Positions 10,261 to 19,706 of a DNA stretch of 64,000 bases are shown in pieces; position 1 is the first letter of the stretch, and each line of letters opens with the position of its first letter. The position numbers were made by a program, and so were the translations under genes. Location of the stretch: assembly GCA_041651355.1 (NCBI GenBank), contig JBAZJK010000001.1, positions 293,883 through 357,882 of the forward strand. The letters are read 5' to 3'. This DNA is from Patescibacteria group bacterium. Its GTDB lineage: Bacteria; Patescibacteriota; Patescibacteriia; Patescibacteriales; UBA12465. The notes below the pieces were generated by a model that was not told where the DNA came from, did no database searches, and worked only from the letters and a program-made list of their open reading frames with translations.

Positions 10261-10869
10261 ATGGAATTCAAATTATCAGCTGATCTTCGCGCCGTTGGTG
10301 AAAAGATCGCTCCGGATAGCTTGCCGGCCGTATTATATGGCAAGGGCCGGGCTAACGCTAATTTAAAATTAAAGTTGAACGATTTCATGAAAGTTTTTGC
10401 CGCCGCCGGCGAATCTAATTTGGTTGAGCTTCAGTTCGGTTCTGAAACCGTTAAGGTCTTAATTAAAGATGTGCAGATGGCCCTCATCAAAGACCGGCCG
10501 CAGCATGTCGATTTCTATCAGGTTAACATGAAAGAGAAGATCAAGACTGAAATTCCTTTACATTTTGTCGGTGAATCCAAAGCAGTTAGGGAGTTAGGTG
10601 GTATCTTCTTACACGAAATTACCGAGGTGGAAGTCGAGTGCTTACCTGGAGATTTAGTCGATCATATCGATGTTGATATTTCCAGCCTTAACACCTTCGA
10701 CGATGAAATCAGGATTAATGATCTTAAATTACCAGCTGGTTTGCGCTTAGTCCATGAAACTAACGATATCGTAGCTCAAGTCAGCGCTCCAGCTAAAGCT
10801 GAAGAGGTAGCGGCTCCAGCGGCCGGTGTAGAAGCTGAAGCGCCTAAAGCGGAAGAGAAAAAAGAATAA
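10261..10869 (+). CDS. rplY: 50S ribosomal protein L25 / general stress protein Ctc
   Basis: 202 aa. LPAVLYGKG N-terminal motif, two-domain Ctc-type length, acidic/Ala-rich tail. Confidence 0.85.
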   Translation: MEFKLSADLRAVGEKIAPDSLPAVLYGKGRANANLKLKLNDFMKVFAAAGESNLVELQFGSETVKVLIKDVQMALIKDRPQHVDFYQVNMKEKIKTEIPLHFVGESKAVRELGGIFLHEITEVEVECLPGDLVDHIDVDISSLNTFDDEIRINDLKLPAGLRLVHETNDIVAQVSAPAKAEEVAAPAAGVEAEAPKAEEKKE

Positions 10870-10872
10870 GTA

Positions 10873-11751
10873 TTATTTTTCCAAATCGATCATCAGGAAA
10901 CGACTTAGCCCAGCTAGGTCGTTTTTTATAGTGATTTTCTTTTTTATCCCGGCCAGGTCTCGGTCTATCTGGTCCTTAAGTTTTTCTGTCTGGCTGGGAT
11001 CGATTTCTAAGATCAGGCTGATATGGCTAAAACCTAGATTGAGGAGAGACTTGGCTTGAGGTAAGAGCTGCCGGTAGTATTTTAAGCCGTCCCGTCCGGC
11101 TTCTAAAGCCAATCGGGGTTCATATTTCAATTCTGGGTTAGCTTTGATTTGTTGGGGCCTAAGATAGGGGAGGTTAGCGCTAATAATCAGTTTCTGGTTT
11201 TTTATTGTTTGGAGATATCTAATTAAGGCAGGGGAAGACAGGACCCGGCTTAGCAAGTCGCTTTTTATGAAACGTATCTTGTCTCTTAGGTGATGGCGAT
11301 TGGCATTATATCTAGATATTTTAAGGGCCTGAGGGCTGACATCCAGGCCGAGATATCTATCTCCTTCCGGCCTATTCTTAGCTAGAGCTATTATGATGCT
11401 GCCGCTACCACAGCCTAAATCGATCAAGCTGATCTTTTCTTGGCGGAAGCGTTCCAGGATATAATCGACAATCATTTCTGTTTCGGGACGAGGGATTAGG
11501 ACACCAGGCTTGACTTGGAAATTCAGGCCGTAGAATTCTTTTTCACCGTTGAGGTAAGCGAAAGGGAAGCCGGCTGACCTTTTTTTAATTAAAGTCCGGA
11601 TATGATCAACTTGTTTAGGGCTAAGCTTGGATTCGGGCCGGGATAATACAAAAATACGGTCTTTCTTAAGACCTAAGGCAATCAGGAGTTCGGCATCTAA
11701 AGGGTCTAGGCCTCGGTCCTGGGCTAGTTTTAGCATTTGCTTTATCTGCAT
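10873..11751 (-). CDS. prmC: Release-factor glutamine N5-methyltransferase (PrmC/HemK)
   Basis: 292 aa. SAM-binding DLGCGSGSIIIALA. NPPY-variant motif SANLPY. Lies near prfA. Confidence 0.8.
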   Translation of the reverse strand: MQIKQMLKLAQDRGLDPLDAELLIALGLKKDRIFVLSRPESKLSPKQVDHIRTLIKKRSAGFPFAYLNGEKEFYGLNFQVKPGVLIPRPETEMIVDYILERFRQEKISLIDLGCGSGSIIIALAKNRPEGDRYLGLDVSPQALKISRYNANRHHLRDKIRFIKSDLLSRVLSSPALIRYLQTIKNQKLIISANLPYLRPQQIKANPELKYEPRLALEAGRDGLKYYRQLLPQAKSLLNLGFSHISLILEIDPSQTEKLKDQIDRDLAGIKKKITIKNDLAGLSRFLMIDLEK

Positions 11752-11861
11752 TCGGGTGTTAAGATTTGATGAGGTCTAGCCCGAGATAAGGGTTAGCCGA
11801 AATTTGTTTCATCATTTTTAGGTAATGAGACTAAATAAAAAATAAAGGAAAAGGAGGTGCC

Positions 11862-12218
11862 ATGATCCAACAAAATGTTCTTTTTACTGTCGAAATCTAC
11901 GGTTTCAGCGGCCAGTATAACCAGGCCTTTAATTTCATCAGCCGAGCCATATTGGAGCTCAAACCGGAAGCTAAAGCCTTGTTCATTGAAGAAAAAAGCG
12001 GTATCAAGGATCTTGAAGGGGATGCCCAAGAATACATCAAGATTATCTATTCTGATCGCCGTTTAGCTTTAAAGCTCTGCAAAGCTTTAGAATCTTCAAC
12101 TCTTTTTGACTCCTGCTATGTCGGTATTTTCCCTTTTAAGGAAGCTTTCCGACCGGGCAAGAAAACTAGCTGGCGGGAAAGGAGAGCGAAATCTAAAAAT
12201 TCTAAGTCGAAAGACTGA
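11862..12218 (+). CDS. Hypothetical small protein with a basic tail
   Basis: 118-aa ORF with a strong SD (AAAGGAGGTGCC-ATG) and its own plus-strand terminator. The antisense ORF 11793..12029 is therefore disfavoured. Confidence 0.55.
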   Translation: MIQQNVLFTVEIYGFSGQYNQAFNFISRAILELKPEAKALFIEEKSGIKDLEGDAQEYIKIIYSDRRLALKLCKALESSTLFDSCYVGIFPFKEAFRPGKKTSWRERRAKSKNSKSKD

Positions 12219-12223
12219 ACTGA

Positions 12224-12251
12224 AACAGCCTCAGCAAACAGGCTGTTTTTT
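12224..12251 (+). terminator. Rho-independent terminator
   Basis: AACAGCCT / AGGCTGTT stem, 8-nt loop, T6 run. Overlaps the prfA stop codon on the other strand. Confidence 0.7.
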
Positions 12252-13293
12252 AATTCTGCTGTTTAGCCGCTTTTCTGAGCTCATCGATAATCGTTTTTAG
12301 TTCGCCTTCCAAGATGCGGTTGATGCTATGCCAAGACATGTTTATCCGGTGGTCGGTAATTCGGTCCTGGGGGAAGTTATATGTTCTGATCTTATCGCTC
12401 CTATCGCCACCGCCGACTTGGTTCTTGCGTAAGCTCGACTCCTTGGCTTGGCGTTCTTCTTCTTGTTTAGCGAGCAAGCGGGAACGGAGGACTTGCAAGG
12501 CTTTTTCTTTGTTTTGGTGCTGGGATTTCTGGTCTTGACAGCTGACGATGATGCCGGTTGGAAGATGGAGGATGCGGATGGCAGAATAGGTGGTATTGAC
12601 GCTTTGGCCACCCGGTCCGCTAGAACAGAAAGTATCGATCCTGATGTCGCTGGGCTTGATTTCGATATCAACTTCTTCAGCTTCCGGCAAAACGACGACG
12701 GTCGCGGTTGAGGTGTGGACCCGGCCCTGCTTCTCAGTTTCTGGAACGCGCTGGACTCGGTGGGTGCCACCTTCATATTTAAGCAGGCCATAGGCATTGG
12801 GGCCGATGACGCTAAAGATCACTTCTTTGAAACCGCCGATGCCGATGCGGCTGGCTTCGATCATTTCCAACTTGAAGCCCTGTTGTTCGCTGAAGCGGGT
12901 ATACATGCGGAAGAGGTCGCCGGCGAAGAGGGCGGCCTCATCGCCGCCGGTACCAGCGCGGATTTCAATGATGGCGTTTTTCTTATCTTGGGGATTAGCC
13001 GGATGGACTTCATCTTCGATCTGTTCACTGAGCTTGGTAAATTCTTCTTTAAGTTTGAGATTATCTTGCTGAGCCAGATCTTTGATTTCCGGGTCTGATT
13101 CGGTCTTGATTAGGTCCTCATTGGCGGCTATCTGATTTTTAATCTTTTCCCAGGTGCTTATCAGGTTGACGATGCTTTTAAGAGCGGCGTGGGCTTGGGA
13201 GACCTTAATCATCTCCTCTCGGTCTTTCATGAGACTGCCATCGGCCAGCCTATTTTCCAGCTCAGCAAATTTTTGCTTGATATCTTCGTACAT
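12250..13293 (-). CDS. prfA: Peptide chain release factor 1
   Basis: 347 aa. GGQ motif SGPGGQSVNTT. RF1-type recognition region RVPETEKQGRVHTS (the PxT tripeptide reads PET). Confidence 0.95.
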   Translation of the reverse strand: MYEDIKQKFAELENRLADGSLMKDREEMIKVSQAHAALKSIVNLISTWEKIKNQIAANEDLIKTESDPEIKDLAQQDNLKLKEEFTKLSEQIEDEVHPANPQDKKNAIIEIRAGTGGDEAALFAGDLFRMYTRFSEQQGFKLEMIEASRIGIGGFKEVIFSVIGPNAYGLLKYEGGTHRVQRVPETEKQGRVHTSTATVVVLPEAEEVDIEIKPSDIRIDTFCSSGPGGQSVNTTYSAIRILHLPTGIIVSCQDQKSQHQNKEKALQVLRSRLLAKQEEERQAKESSLRKNQVGGGDRSDKIRTYNFPQDRITDHRINMSWHSINRILEGELKTIIDELRKAAKQQN

Positions 13294-13564
13294 ATTGACT
13301 CTTTATTGTATATATGTTATTTTATAGTCACTAAATAATTAGGCTAGTGAATGTTTGAAGCCTGTTTAAAAACAGTCAAGGACTCATTCAGATAGCCGAC
13401 GGGATCGTCATTAAATCGTGTTTTCCTTCAGCCAGCAGGGTAGCAAGGCCAAAAATTAGGAAAATCTTACGACTGATGGTCCCTTTTTTTAAAACAAAAA
13501 AGCAATTATGGCTTAATTATAGCACAGATACGCTAAAATCAAGCTTAATTGCTTTTTATTGATC

Positions 13565-13900
13565 CTATTTTTTATTTAATTTGACCTGGGCTATTTTTTT
13601 GATATCCTTGGTTTTGACCACTACTTCCTTTTTGCTCTTTTGGCTATCCCTTTTGATTTTTTTGGCTTTTTTGCCTTTGCGGGTCTGGGAGCTTTCGGAC
13701 TGAGCTTTGACCTTGGCGGTGAATTTTTCTACCCGTCGGGCCGTATCAACTAATTTCTGCTTACCGGTATAGAAAGGATGGCAAGCTGAACAGAGCTCAA
13801 CCTTGATTTCCGGTTCGGTCGAACCAGTAGTGAACTTATGGCCGCAGACGCAAGTGACCTGGCAGTCAGGGTAGTATTTAGGATGGATTTCTTTTTTCAT
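13565..13900 (-). CDS. rpmE: 50S ribosomal protein L31 (Zn-ribbon type) with a ~40-aa Lys-rich C-terminal extension
   Basis: [10 protein letters not shown] start. Cys pairs CVCGH and [12 protein letters not shown]. 111 aa. Confidence 0.9.
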   Translation of the reverse strand: MKKEIHPKYYPDCQVTCVCGHKFTTGSTEPEIKVELCSACHPFYTGKQKLVDTARRVEKFTAKVKAQSESSQTRKGKKAKKIKRDSQKSKKEVVVKTKDIKKIAQVKLNKK

Positions 13901-14003
13901 AAAATAAAAATTGCTTAACGCAAAATTTTAGGATTAGTCTTTTTTTATGATATGATATTATCATAACTTTAAAATTTAATCAAGGGGTGTTATAATTGCC
14001 CAT

Positions 14004-15437
14004 ATGCCAAAGATTCATAATATTGCTAAGAATACTTCATATTTGACTCTAGCCCTGGTTTTGCAGAAAATCATCTCTTTTACTTATTTTGCCATTTTAG
14101 CCCGTTATTTAGGGCCTCATAGCTTAGGGCAGTACTATTTTGCCCTGTCTTTTACGACTATTTTCTCTATCTTGATAGATTTAGGCTTTGCCAACGCTTT
14201 AACCCGGGAAATCGCTAAGATTGCCAGTACGGCCGGCCGGTATTTGAGCAATATCATGACGCTCAAGGTCCTGCTCAGCCTTTTTACTTTAGGGGCGGCT
14301 ATTTTAAGCATCAATCTTCTAGGTTCTGATCCTTTAACTAAGAATTTGGTTTATATTTCTTGTATTTCAATGGTACTTGATTCTTTTACTACCACCTTTT
14401 TCGCTGTTAGCCGCGGTTTCCATAATCTTAAGTACGAAAGCTTCGCTTCGGTTAGTTTCCAGGCAATCGTCCTTTTGGGCGGCTATCTGGCTTTATATTA
14501 TCATCTAGACATCGTTTATATCATGGCCGCCTTAGCGCTAGCCAGCCTGTATAATTTCTTTTTCGCCTGGTGGGTGTTAGTTAAGAAGATGAAGGTCAAG
14601 CTTTTTTTCAGCTTCAATCCTGTAGTCGCTAAAGAGATTTTAACTATCTCTTGGCCTTTCGCGGGCTTTGCTATTTTTCAAAGACTGTATACTTATTTAG
14701 ATTCCGTCCTTTTGACTTTCTTAGCGGGTAGTGCTGCCACCGGCATCTACCAGGTAGCTTTTAAAATAATCTTCGCCCTGCAGTTCTTGCCCATGGCTTT
14801 TACCGCCTCTTTGTATCCGGCCCTGAGCTATTATTGGCTGCATAACAAGAATCAGCTCCATATCACTTTCGAGCGGGCCGTAAATTACCTGGTGATCATT
14901 TCGCTGCCGATTATCGGCGGTGCGATCGCTTTAGCGGATCGGATAGTCCTGATTTTTAAATCCGGTTTCAGCGGCGCGACTTTGCCTCTGCAGATTTCTA
15001 TCCTGGCCTTGTTTTTTATTTTTATCAATTTTCCGATCGGCTCTTTGCTTAACTCTTGCGACCGCCAGCGGCGCAACACTTGGAATATGGCAATCGTGAC
15101 CGTAGCGAGTGTGGTTTTGAATCTTATCCTTATTCCTAGATTCCAAGCAGTGGGCGCCAGCTTGACGGTCTTATTTACCAATATCCTGATGACAGTCCTA
15201 GGTGTATGGCAGGTCAGGAAGATTATCGCCTATCGGCCGCAGCGCAACTTAATCATGATCGCCAAGGCTTTAGGAGCGGCGCTGTTAATGGCGCTTATCG
15301 TTTTTTATGGTAAGGAATATCTGTCTTTAGTGGCGGCGACAGCTTTGGGGGCCCTGATGTATTTCTTATCTTTATTCGCGCTCAAGGGTTTCACGCGCGC
15401 GGATTTGTCGAGCATCCGGAAATCCTTTAAGATCTAA
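14004..15437 (+). CDS. Polysaccharide flippase (Wzx-like, MOP superfamily)
   Basis: 477 aa, about 12-14 TM segments, typical polysaccharide-biosynthesis-protein N-terminus. Followed by glycosyltransferase genes. Confidence 0.75.
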   Translation: MPKIHNIAKNTSYLTLALVLQKIISFTYFAILARYLGPHSLGQYYFALSFTTIFSILIDLGFANALTREIAKIASTAGRYLSNIMTLKVLLSLFTLGAAILSINLLGSDPLTKNLVYISCISMVLDSFTTTFFAVSRGFHNLKYESFASVSFQAIVLLGGYLALYYHLDIVYIMAALALASLYNFFFAWWVLVKKMKVKLFFSFNPVVAKEILTISWPFAGFAIFQRLYTYLDSVLLTFLAGSAATGIYQVAFKIIFALQFLPMAFTASLYPALSYYWLHNKNQLHITFERAVNYLVIISLPIIGGAIALADRIVLIFKSGFSGATLPLQISILALFFIFINFPIGSLLNSCDRQRRNTWNMAIVTVASVVLNLILIPRFQAVGASLTVLFTNILMTVLGVWQVRKIIAYRPQRNLIMIAKALGAALLMALIVFYGKEYLSLVAATALGALMYFLSLFALKGFTRADLSSIRKSFKI

Positions 15438-15441
15438 ACCT

Positions 15442-16470
15442 ATGAGGACTTTACTCTATACGCAGGAATTTCCGCCCTTTAAGGGCGGGGTGGCCAATTA
15501 CTACGGCCAGATGCTGAGCCATTGGCCGGAAGGGGAGGAGATTTTTGTTTTGACCCAGAATCGGCATGGCCGTTTCCGCCAGTATTTCATCCATTTCTGC
15601 CAATTAGTCCGAGCCGTTTATAAGCATAAGATAGATTATATCATCGTCGGCCAGGTCCTGCCTTTAGGTTCGGTCGTCCATTTTTTTTGGCGTTTCCGCC
15701 GTTTGAAATACGCTGTCTTCTTGCATGGCATGGACCTTGCTTTTGCTCTCAAACATCCGCGGAAAGCTTGGCTGGCGAAATTGATCCTCCAGGATGCCAA
15801 CCGAATTATTTGCGCCAATAGCTATACGGCTGAGATGCTGAAGGTGAAGTTCCCCCACTTAGCGTCAACTATCGTGGTCGTTAATCCGGGCGTTAGTCAT
15901 TATCAAGAAAGGGAAAAATTGCCTCAGCTTAGGAAGGATCAAGAAGAAATAATCCTGCTAAGTATCGGGCGCTTGGTTAAGAGAAAAGGTTTCGCTGAAA
16001 CCATTAAAGCTTTGCCATCCGGCGTCCGTTATGTTATTATCGGCCAAGGTCCGGAAGCGGCCGCTTTACACCAGATTGCCGACAGTCGCGTTACCTTTAT
16101 CGAATCCGTGTCTGAAGCAGCTAAATGGTCTTGGCTTGAGGCTTGCGATATCTTTATCATGCCTTCAGTCGATTTAGACGGCGATTTCGAAGGTTTCGGC
16201 ATCGTCTATTTAGAAGCTAATTTAGCTGGGAAGCCGGTGATCGCCGGCAACAGCGGCGGCATCAAGGACGCCGTCATCGATGGCTATAACGGCTTAGTGG
16301 TTAATGGCCATTCTCTGCCAGCTATCAGGGAAGCGATTTTAAAGCTAGCTTCCGATCCTGATTTAAGGCACAAGCTAGGCCAGCAAGGGAAGGCCAGGGC
16401 AGAAAAAGATTTTTCTTGGTCCAAACAAGCCCAGCTCATTTATACGGCCATTACTAATCAAGACAAGTAG
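15442..16470 (+). CDS. Glycosyltransferase family 4 (GT-B)
   Basis: 342 aa. C-terminal EGFGIVYLEANLAGKPVIA motif typical of GT1/GT4 enzymes. Confidence 0.8.
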   Translation: MRTLLYTQEFPPFKGGVANYYGQMLSHWPEGEEIFVLTQNRHGRFRQYFIHFCQLVRAVYKHKIDYIIVGQVLPLGSVVHFFWRFRRLKYAVFLHGMDLAFALKHPRKAWLAKLILQDANRIICANSYTAEMLKVKFPHLASTIVVVNPGVSHYQEREKLPQLRKDQEEIILLSIGRLVKRKGFAETIKALPSGVRYVIIGQGPEAAALHQIADSRVTFIESVSEAAKWSWLEACDIFIMPSVDLDGDFEGFGIVYLEANLAGKPVIAGNSGGIKDAVIDGYNGLVVNGHSLPAIREAILKLASDPDLRHKLGQQGKARAEKDFSWSKQAQLIYTAITNQDK

Positions 16471-16475
16471 TATTT

Positions 16476-17177
16476 ATGATTTCTATAATTATCCCTGTCT
16501 ATAACCAGGCAAAAAAATTAATTAAGACTTTGGAAAGCTTGCGGCGTCAGAGCTGGCGCGATTACGAAGTAATCATTGTCAATGACGGCTCTAGCGACGG
16601 GCCCGAATCTTTGTTTATCGATTACATCAAGAAATTACCGCCGGACAATCATTTTATTTTCATTAACCAAACTAACAGCGGGGCGCCAGCGGCGCGCAAT
16701 CGCGGTTTCCGGGAAGCGCGCGGTGATTATATCCTGTTTTGCGATGCGGATGCCGTTCTAGAAAGCTTCGCCTTGGAGGTGATGCACTCTGCCTTGGAGC
16801 AGAACCCTGATTTCAGTTATGCTTATTCATCTTTCAATTGGGGAAATAAATTATTCAAAGTGGGTAGCTTCGATCCTGAAAAGTTGCGCCGGATGCCCTA
16901 TATCCACACCATGTCTTTGATCAGGCGGCGTGATTTTCCAGAAAGCGGCTGGGATGAGAGCATTAAGAAGCTGCAAGATTGGGATTTATGGTTGACCATG
17001 CTGGAGATGGGAAAATATGGTTTATTCATTCCCCAGGTTTTATTTACCGTCAGCCCCGGAGGCACGATCAGCACTTGGCTGCCGGCCTTTGCCTATCATC
17101 TCCTGCCTTTTTTGCCAGCAGTGAAACGGTATAAGAAAGCGGTTAAAATAATTAAGGCTAAGCACGGCCTGAATTAA
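16476..17177 (+). CDS. Glycosyltransferase family 2
   Basis: ISIIIPVYNQ N-terminus, NDGSSD, and DAD acidic motif. Confidence 0.85.
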   Translation: MISIIIPVYNQAKKLIKTLESLRRQSWRDYEVIIVNDGSSDGPESLFIDYIKKLPPDNHFIFINQTNSGAPAARNRGFREARGDYILFCDADAVLESFALEVMHSALEQNPDFSYAYSSFNWGNKLFKVGSFDPEKLRRMPYIHTMSLIRRRDFPESGWDESIKKLQDWDLWLTMLEMGKYGLFIPQVLFTVSPGGTISTWLPAFAYHLLPFLPAVKRYKKAVKIIKAKHGLN

Positions 17178-17181
17178 ATAT

Positions 17182-17655
17182 ATGTTTCTCAGCACGAGGC
17201 GCGTTATTATTTTCGCCTTAGTAATCATCATCTTAATCTTACTGGGTATCTTCGAGTTGCTTTTGGTTAATAATTTGAAGAAAGAGGTCCGTTACTTGTT
17301 GCATATCAATGACCAAGCGATTTCTGTAGAATTAGCGGATACGGCCGCAGAGCGCTATAAGGGCCTGAGCCAAAGGAATGATCTTTGCGCCGATTGCGGC
17401 TTATTGTTTGTCTTTCCTAAAAAAGAGGTCCAGGATTTTGTGATGCGAGACATGAAATTTTCTTTAGATATAATTTTTATTGCGGATAACAAGATCGTCA
17501 AGATCGTCAGCTCGGCCCCGCCAGAGGGAAGCGATCCGCAGATAATCTATAGCAGCGACGAAGCAGTTGATTATGTCTTGGAATTGACAGGCGATTACGC
17601 CAGGAAAAATAATCTACGCGTCGGCGACCGGGTTTATGGACTCCATTTTAAGTAA
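17182..17655 (+). CDS. DUF192-family protein (membrane-anchored)
   Basis: 157 aa. N-terminal TM segment. GLLFVFP...MRDMKFSLDIIF pattern resembling DUF192 (COG1430), from memory. Confidence 0.55.
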   Translation: MFLSTRRVIIFALVIIILILLGIFELLLVNNLKKEVRYLLHINDQAISVELADTAAERYKGLSQRNDLCADCGLLFVFPKKEVQDFVMRDMKFSLDIIFIADNKIVKIVSSAPPEGSDPQIIYSSDEAVDYVLELTGDYARKNNLRVGDRVYGLHFK

Positions 17656-19045
17656 AAAAATCTTTTATTTCTTGGGCGGCTTCGTTCTCTTGGAAGCCCT
17701 GTCCTTGGTAGCTTTTTCTTGGCCGGTGCTAGGCCCCTGGGTTTTTATCTTGGTGCTTATCGCCAGTTTTACTTTGGCTATTTATCGCCTGGAGTACGGC
17801 CTCCTGTTGTTGGTGGCGGAGATGATCATCGCTTCTAAGGGCTATCTGTTCTCTTGGGGGCCTTGGTCTTGGCGTTTAGCTCTGTTTGTCATTATAATCA
17901 TTGCCTGGCTCTATCATGCTTTGAAGGCAAAGAATCTTTGGTCGCGTTTAAGGCAGCTGCCTCTGCCTTATTATTTCTCCGGGCTACTGTTATTCTGCCT
18001 GATCGGCGCGGTTCAGGGCTATCTGCATTATGGCTTGAGTTCTAATTGGTGGCCCGATCTCAACGGCTGGCTGTTTTTTGCGATCTTGCCGGCCTTAGCT
18101 TTCGTGTATTACAAGAATCCAGATAAGAAGGTTTATGAACGCTTGGCGCTAGTCGCTCTGGCAGCGGTCATCTGGTTAGGCCTTAAAACCTTGGTTTTTT
18201 TCTTTATTTTTTCTCATGATTTTTCTTGGTCTTATCACTTGTACCGTTGGATCAGGGTGAGCGGCGTGGGCGAGATTACTAATATCGGTTTTAATTGGCC
18301 TCGAATCTTTTTGCAATCTCAGGTCTATGCTCCGATCGCTTTCCTTGGCCTCTTATTTTTTCCCAGCAAGAAATTTGCCTATCATGTGCTTTTAACTTTA
18401 TGCCTAATGACAACCTTGATCAGCTTCTCCCGCAGTTTTTGGGCAGGGTTGCTCTTGGCTTATATTTTCGCCGCCTTCATTTTAATTAAGAGGAATTCTT
18501 TGAAAATTTGGTTGAAGCAAACTTTACTGGTTGCGGGCCTGACTGCCGGTAGCCTGGTCTTGATTTATGTTTTGGCTTTTTTCCCTTATCCTAAATCTCT
18601 AGTTTCTTTTTCACCAGACTTATTCCAGCGCCGCGCTAATTTTTTGGAATCCGAAGCAGCCATCGCTTCGCGCTGGTCCTTGCTCAAGCCTTTGTGGCAG
18701 AAAGCCTGGCAAGAGCCGGTCTTAGGGCAGGGTTTTGGAACGCTTGTCAGCTATCATTCCAGCGATCCGCGGATCCTAGAGCTTCATCCGGACGGGTATT
18801 ATACTACCTACGCCTTCGAGTGGGCTTATCTGGATATCCTTTTGAAAATCGGGCTTTTAGGGCTCCTGGCTTATCTGGTCCTCTTAGGTCGAATCTTGCG
18901 CCAAGGATTTAAGAACTCTACGCCCTTAAAAGCAGCTATCATTTCAGCCTTAGTCTTTTTGATAGTGACCAATGTCTTCACTCCCTATCTCAATCATCCG
19001 CTGGGCATCGCTTATCTCCTCTTCAGCTCTTGTCTTATTTTTTAA
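17636..19045 (+). CDS. O-antigen ligase / Wzy-like polymerase family membrane protein
   Basis: 469 aa, polytopic. Large loop with RSFWAG... typical of Wzy_C-type proteins. Sits in the glycan cluster. Confidence 0.6.
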   Translation: MDSILSKKIFYFLGGFVLLEALSLVAFSWPVLGPWVFILVLIASFTLAIYRLEYGLLLLVAEMIIASKGYLFSWGPWSWRLALFVIIIIAWLYHALKAKNLWSRLRQLPLPYYFSGLLLFCLIGAVQGYLHYGLSSNWWPDLNGWLFFAILPALAFVYYKNPDKKVYERLALVALAAVIWLGLKTLVFFFIFSHDFSWSYHLYRWIRVSGVGEITNIGFNWPRIFLQSQVYAPIAFLGLLFFPSKKFAYHVLLTLCLMTTLISFSRSFWAGLLLAYIFAAFILIKRNSLKIWLKQTLLVAGLTAGSLVLIYVLAFFPYPKSLVSFSPDLFQRRANFLESEAAIASRWSLLKPLWQKAWQEPVLGQGFGTLVSYHSSDPRILELHPDGYYTTYAFEWAYLDILLKIGLLGLLAYLVLLGRILRQGFKNSTPLKAAIISALVFLIVTNVFTPYLNHPLGIAYLLFSSCLIF

Positions 19046-19097
19046 GATAAGGTATATTGAATTCCATAATTATTTATCACATCTAAATCAGCAAATT

Positions 19098-19556
19098 ATG
19101 TCGGAGCAAATCATCTCGCAAGAGGGCTATGATAAGCTGCAGAGCGAACTTAATTTCTTGAGCCAAGTCAGGCGCAAGGAAATCGCTGAGCGGATCGAAC
19201 GCGCTAAAGAATTAGGTGACTTGAGTGAGAATGCTGAATACAGTGAAGCTAAGGACGCCCAGGCCTTAAATGAAGGCCGGATCCTGGAACTGGCTAATAT
19301 CTTGAAGAACGTCACCGTAGTCGACAGTCATGGCTCTAAGGATGAAGTGGTGATGGGTTCGGTCGTAACCGTAAAAAGCGATAGCCAGGAAAAGACTTAT
19401 ACGATTGTCAGTTTCAACGAAGCTGATCCGGCTAACGGCAAGATTTCCAATGAATCTCCTTTAGGACTCGCCTTCGTCGGCAAGAAAAAAGGCGCTATGG
19501 TCGAAGTGGAAACTCCGCGCGGGGTTATCAAATATAAGATCATGAAGATCGAGTAG
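19098..19556 (+). CDS. greA: Transcription elongation factor GreA
   Basis: MSEQIISQEGYDKLQSELNFL..., DLSENAEYSEAK motif, 152 aa from the ATG at 19098. The listed ORF starts upstream at 18972 inside the previous gene. Confidence 0.9.
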   Translation: MSEQIISQEGYDKLQSELNFLSQVRRKEIAERIERAKELGDLSENAEYSEAKDAQALNEGRILELANILKNVTVVDSHGSKDEVVMGSVVTVKSDSQEKTYTIVSFNEADPANGKISNESPLGLAFVGKKKGAMVEVETPRGVIKYKIMKIE

Positions 19557-19616
19557 ATGGCAGTTGCTTTCTGATTTTCCCCTCAATTTTTATCTCCATG
19601 CTGGTCGTTTAAAAAA

Positions 19617-19641
19617 GATCATAATTTTATGGTCTTTTTTT
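19617..19641 (+). terminator. Rho-independent terminator after greA
   Basis: GATCAT / ATGGTC stem (one G-T pair) followed by a T8 run. Confidence 0.6.
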
Positions 19642-19669
19642 TGACTTTTGCCGCCGAATCGCTTAAAAT
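19641..19669 (+). promoter_or_regulatory. Sigma70-like promoter for lysS
   Basis: TTGACT, 17-nt spacer, TAAAAT. Confidence 0.55.
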
Positions 19670-19706
19670 TAAGACATGTTAAACCAAGAAAATAAGCTAG
19701 TTAAAT

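Noticed and set aside
12342-13098. Several 60-150 aa ORFs on both strands inside prfA (12342..12797, 12448..12711, 12590..12793, 12715..13098, 12797..13072)
   Set aside because: They are off-frame or antisense shadows of a confidently identified RF1 gene. Their products are low-complexity and no independent signals were seen.
13380-13483. Possible SRP (4.5S) RNA in the rpmE-prfA spacer
   Set aside because: It has a long hairpin and a GAAGGAA string, but not the conserved GGAA tetraloop / AGCAGCC symmetric-loop motif in the right register. I kept it only as an unclassified structured leader.
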